Source: Kiritimatiellia bacterium
GTDB lineage: Bacteria > Verrucomicrobiota > Kiritimatiellia > RFP12 > UBA1067
Direction of reading: 5' to 3'
DNA: 64,000 nucleotides
Assembly (NCBI GenBank): GCA_051884915.1
Contig: JBJEWF010000087.1
Span: 30,595-94,594, forward strand
In this document: piece by piece, positions 62,442 through 64,000 of the stretch
Position numbering within the stretch: position 1 is the stretch's first letter
Layout: every line of letters starts with the position of its first letter
The notes under the pieces: generated by a model
What the model saw: only the letters and a program-made list of their open reading frames with translations
What the model was told of the DNA's origin: nothing
The model's database searches: none
Made by a program: the position numbers and the translations under genes

Positions 62442-63787
62442 CCCAACAACTCCTTCATGTGCTTTTCAAAATCGGCCTTGCGGGTCCGTGTCAGCGCGTC
62501 CTGCCCGGCGAGACGCGCCTCGTAAAACGACCAATCGAGTCCCGCCGTCGCGCCCGCATGGGACTTGGCCGCCACGGCGGCGTCCGGATCTTCGGCGGCC
62601 AGGGCTTCGAGATTGTCGCGGACCTGGTGGTAGGCTTCGCGCCAGGGCGTCCCGGCGGCGACTTTCCGCAGCGCCACGTCGGTCGCGAAAACCCCGGGGA
62701 CGAACCCGCCGCGCAGGGCGTCCGGATCGACGGACAGCCCGCGCACGATTTTCGCGAGGATTCTCAGCGTCGTCCGCGTGATCGAGAGCCCCTTCATGTA
62801 GAGGCCCTTGCAGTCCTGGAGATCGCGGTTGTATCCGCCGGGCATGGCGTGGAGCAGCGAAAGCGACGCCGTCGCCAGCCCGAGGACCTGCGCCGTCTTC
62901 GAGCGCACGAGCTCCAGCACGTCCGGATTGTATTTCTGCGGCATGATCGAACTGCCCGTGCAGTAGGCGCGCGGCAATTTGAAATAGCCGAACTCGGGCA
63001 TCGAAAAGAGAATGAGGTCTTCAGCCAGGCGCGACAGGACCGCCATGAGCTGCGCCAAGGCCGAAAGCAGGGCGGCTTCATCCTCGCCGCGGGCCATCGA
63101 CGCGCCGAAGACGCTGTGCAGCGGACGGGCGAAACCCAGCAAGTCGCTGGTGCGCTGGCGGTCCAGCGGCAGCGGAACGCCGTACCCGGCCGCGCTTCCC
63201 AGGGGGCAGAGGTCGTTCAGCTTGTAGGCCGCCTCCAGATTCGCCTGCTGGTCGAGAACCATTTCCGCATGCCCCGACGCCCAAACGCCGACCGAACTCG
63301 GCATGGCCGGCTGCAGATGGGTCCGGCCCACCATGGGCAGCCGGTCGTTCGCCCGGCCGAAATCGACCAGCGCGCGCGCAAGAGCCGCCAGTTCGGATTC
63401 GACGCCGAGAAGCTGGTCCTTGATGTGAAGCCGCACGTCGACCGCGACCTGGTCGTTGCGGCTGCGCCCCGTGTGGATTTTCCGGCCCAGGTCGCCGAGG
63501 ACTTCCGTCAATCGCGTCTCCACCGCCATGTGGACGTCCTGGTCCTGTTCGCGGATCACGAAGGTCTTGTCCGCAACCACGTCGGCAAGGGCCGCGCGAA
63601 CCCGGCTCGCCTCCTCGCGGGTCAGGACCGGCGGCACGACGGGCATCTCGGCAAGCATCGTCACGTGCGCGGCCGTGCCCAGACAGTCCCAGCGCACAAG
63701 GTCCATGTCCAAAACGGGGTCGTCCCCGACCGTGTAGTCGAGGACGTCCGGATCCACGTCACCGGTTATCGTCTTTTCCGTCTTCAT
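62438..63787 (-). CDS. argH: Argininosuccinate lyase
   Basis: GTAAHVTMLAEM, TGRSRNDQV, the fumarate-lyase signature GSSIMPQKYNPDVLE, and a length of 449 aa. Confidence 0.93.
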   Translation of the reverse strand: MKTEKTITGDVDPDVLDYTVGDDPVLDMDLVRWDCLGTAAHVTMLAEMPVVPPVLTREEASRVRAALADVVADKTFVIREQDQDVHMAVETRLTEVLGDLGRKIHTGRSRNDQVAVDVRLHIKDQLLGVESELAALARALVDFGRANDRLPMVGRTHLQPAMPSSVGVWASGHAEMVLDQQANLEAAYKLNDLCPLGSAAGYGVPLPLDRQRTSDLLGFARPLHSVFGASMARGEDEAALLSALAQLMAVLSRLAEDLILFSMPEFGYFKLPRAYCTGSSIMPQKYNPDVLELVRSKTAQVLGLATASLSLLHAMPGGYNRDLQDCKGLYMKGLSITRTTLRILAKIVRGLSVDPDALRGGFVPGVFATDVALRKVAAGTPWREAYHQVRDNLEALAAEDPDAAVAAKSHAGATAGLDWSFYEARLAGQDALTRTRKADFEKHMKELLG

Positions 63788-64000
63788 TCAGCATCTTTTC
63801 CATCAAACCATCCGCCTCGTCCAGGAGCGGTCGCAGGACCTCGGCGGACTCGCCGCGGGCGACGCCTACCAGAAACTTGCGGTAGGCGGCGGCCGCGGCG
63901 GCAAGGCCGTCCCCACGCCCGATGGCACAAAACGGCATCTCGCGCGCCTTCTGCCACGCGGCCTGGCGGACCGTCTCATTTCCGGCCGCCAGACCAATGG
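63759..64000 (-). CDS. 3' end of an unidentified gene whose 5' end lies beyond the window
   Basis: Not in the ORF track. This is the only minus frame open from base 63998 inward, and it reads ...IGLAAGNETVRQAAWQKAREMPFCAIGRGDGLAAAAAAYRKFLVGVARGESAEVLRPLLDEADGLMEKMLNEDGKDDNR*. The stop is at 63759-63761, 29 nt inside argH. I do not recognise a function. Confidence 0.4.
   Translation of the reverse strand, partial: IGLAAGNETVRQAAWQKAREMPFCAIGRGDGLAAAAAAYRKFLVGVARGESAEVLRPLLDEADGLMEKMLNEDGKDDNR

Noticed and set aside
1-64000. Search for CRISPR arrays, IS elements, integrases, phage genes, toxin-antitoxin pairs and restriction or other defence genes
   Set aside because: I saw no regularly spaced direct repeats, terminal inverted repeats, transposase, integrase or nuclease/helicase-type ORFs on either strand. 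Both tRNAs have intact 3' ends with no adjacent integrase.

Overview
GC-rich bacterial chromosomal segment; codon third positions are overwhelmingly G/C. From gene content I infer a glycan-degrading member of the PVC-type lineages (Lentisphaerae, Kiritimatiellae or Verrucomicrobia-like), but this is only an inference. I can support about 55 protein-coding genes, all on the minus strand, plus tRNA-Leu(UAG) on minus and tRNA-Thr(CGU) as the only plus-strand gene. I found no rRNA, CRISPR array, transposase, integrase or phage gene. Housekeeping genes (uvrA, trmD, rplS, rpsP, murJ, gluQ, htpX, pgk, rpsT, lpxK, pncC, argH) are interleaved with carbohydrate-active enzymes: GH78-like, GH92, two paralogous clan GH-A-like hydrolases, a GHL10-like protein, a beta-helix protein and an esterase. 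There is also a hexokinase-galK-sugar transporter operon. Three envelope modules do not fit textbook systems. (1) Two secreted TPR proteins, ExbB, ExbD, ExbD, then a TonB-position protein whose C-terminus is a QW-motif alpha/alpha toroid, followed by LolE/LolD (15183-24616). (2) A ketosynthase-less, aryl-polyene-like lipid attachment/export module built from fused genes: ACP, ACP, a membrane+AMP-ligase+dehydratase fusion, a LolA-like protein and an MMPL+acyltransferase fusion (36897-42600). (3) ExbB and ExbD without a TonB, followed by a heptaheme cytochrome c fused to a 5-TM domain and a signal-less ApbE, translationally coupled to argH (58264-62441). At the DNA level a recurrent TGnTAnAAT extended -10 element sits 6-8 nt upstream of several ATGs, which suggests leaderless mRNAs. 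The supplied ORF track omits two edge-truncated genes and over-extends about twenty N-termini. The very long plus-strand ORFs are antisense shadows. All family assignments come from motif recognition by eye; no database search was run.
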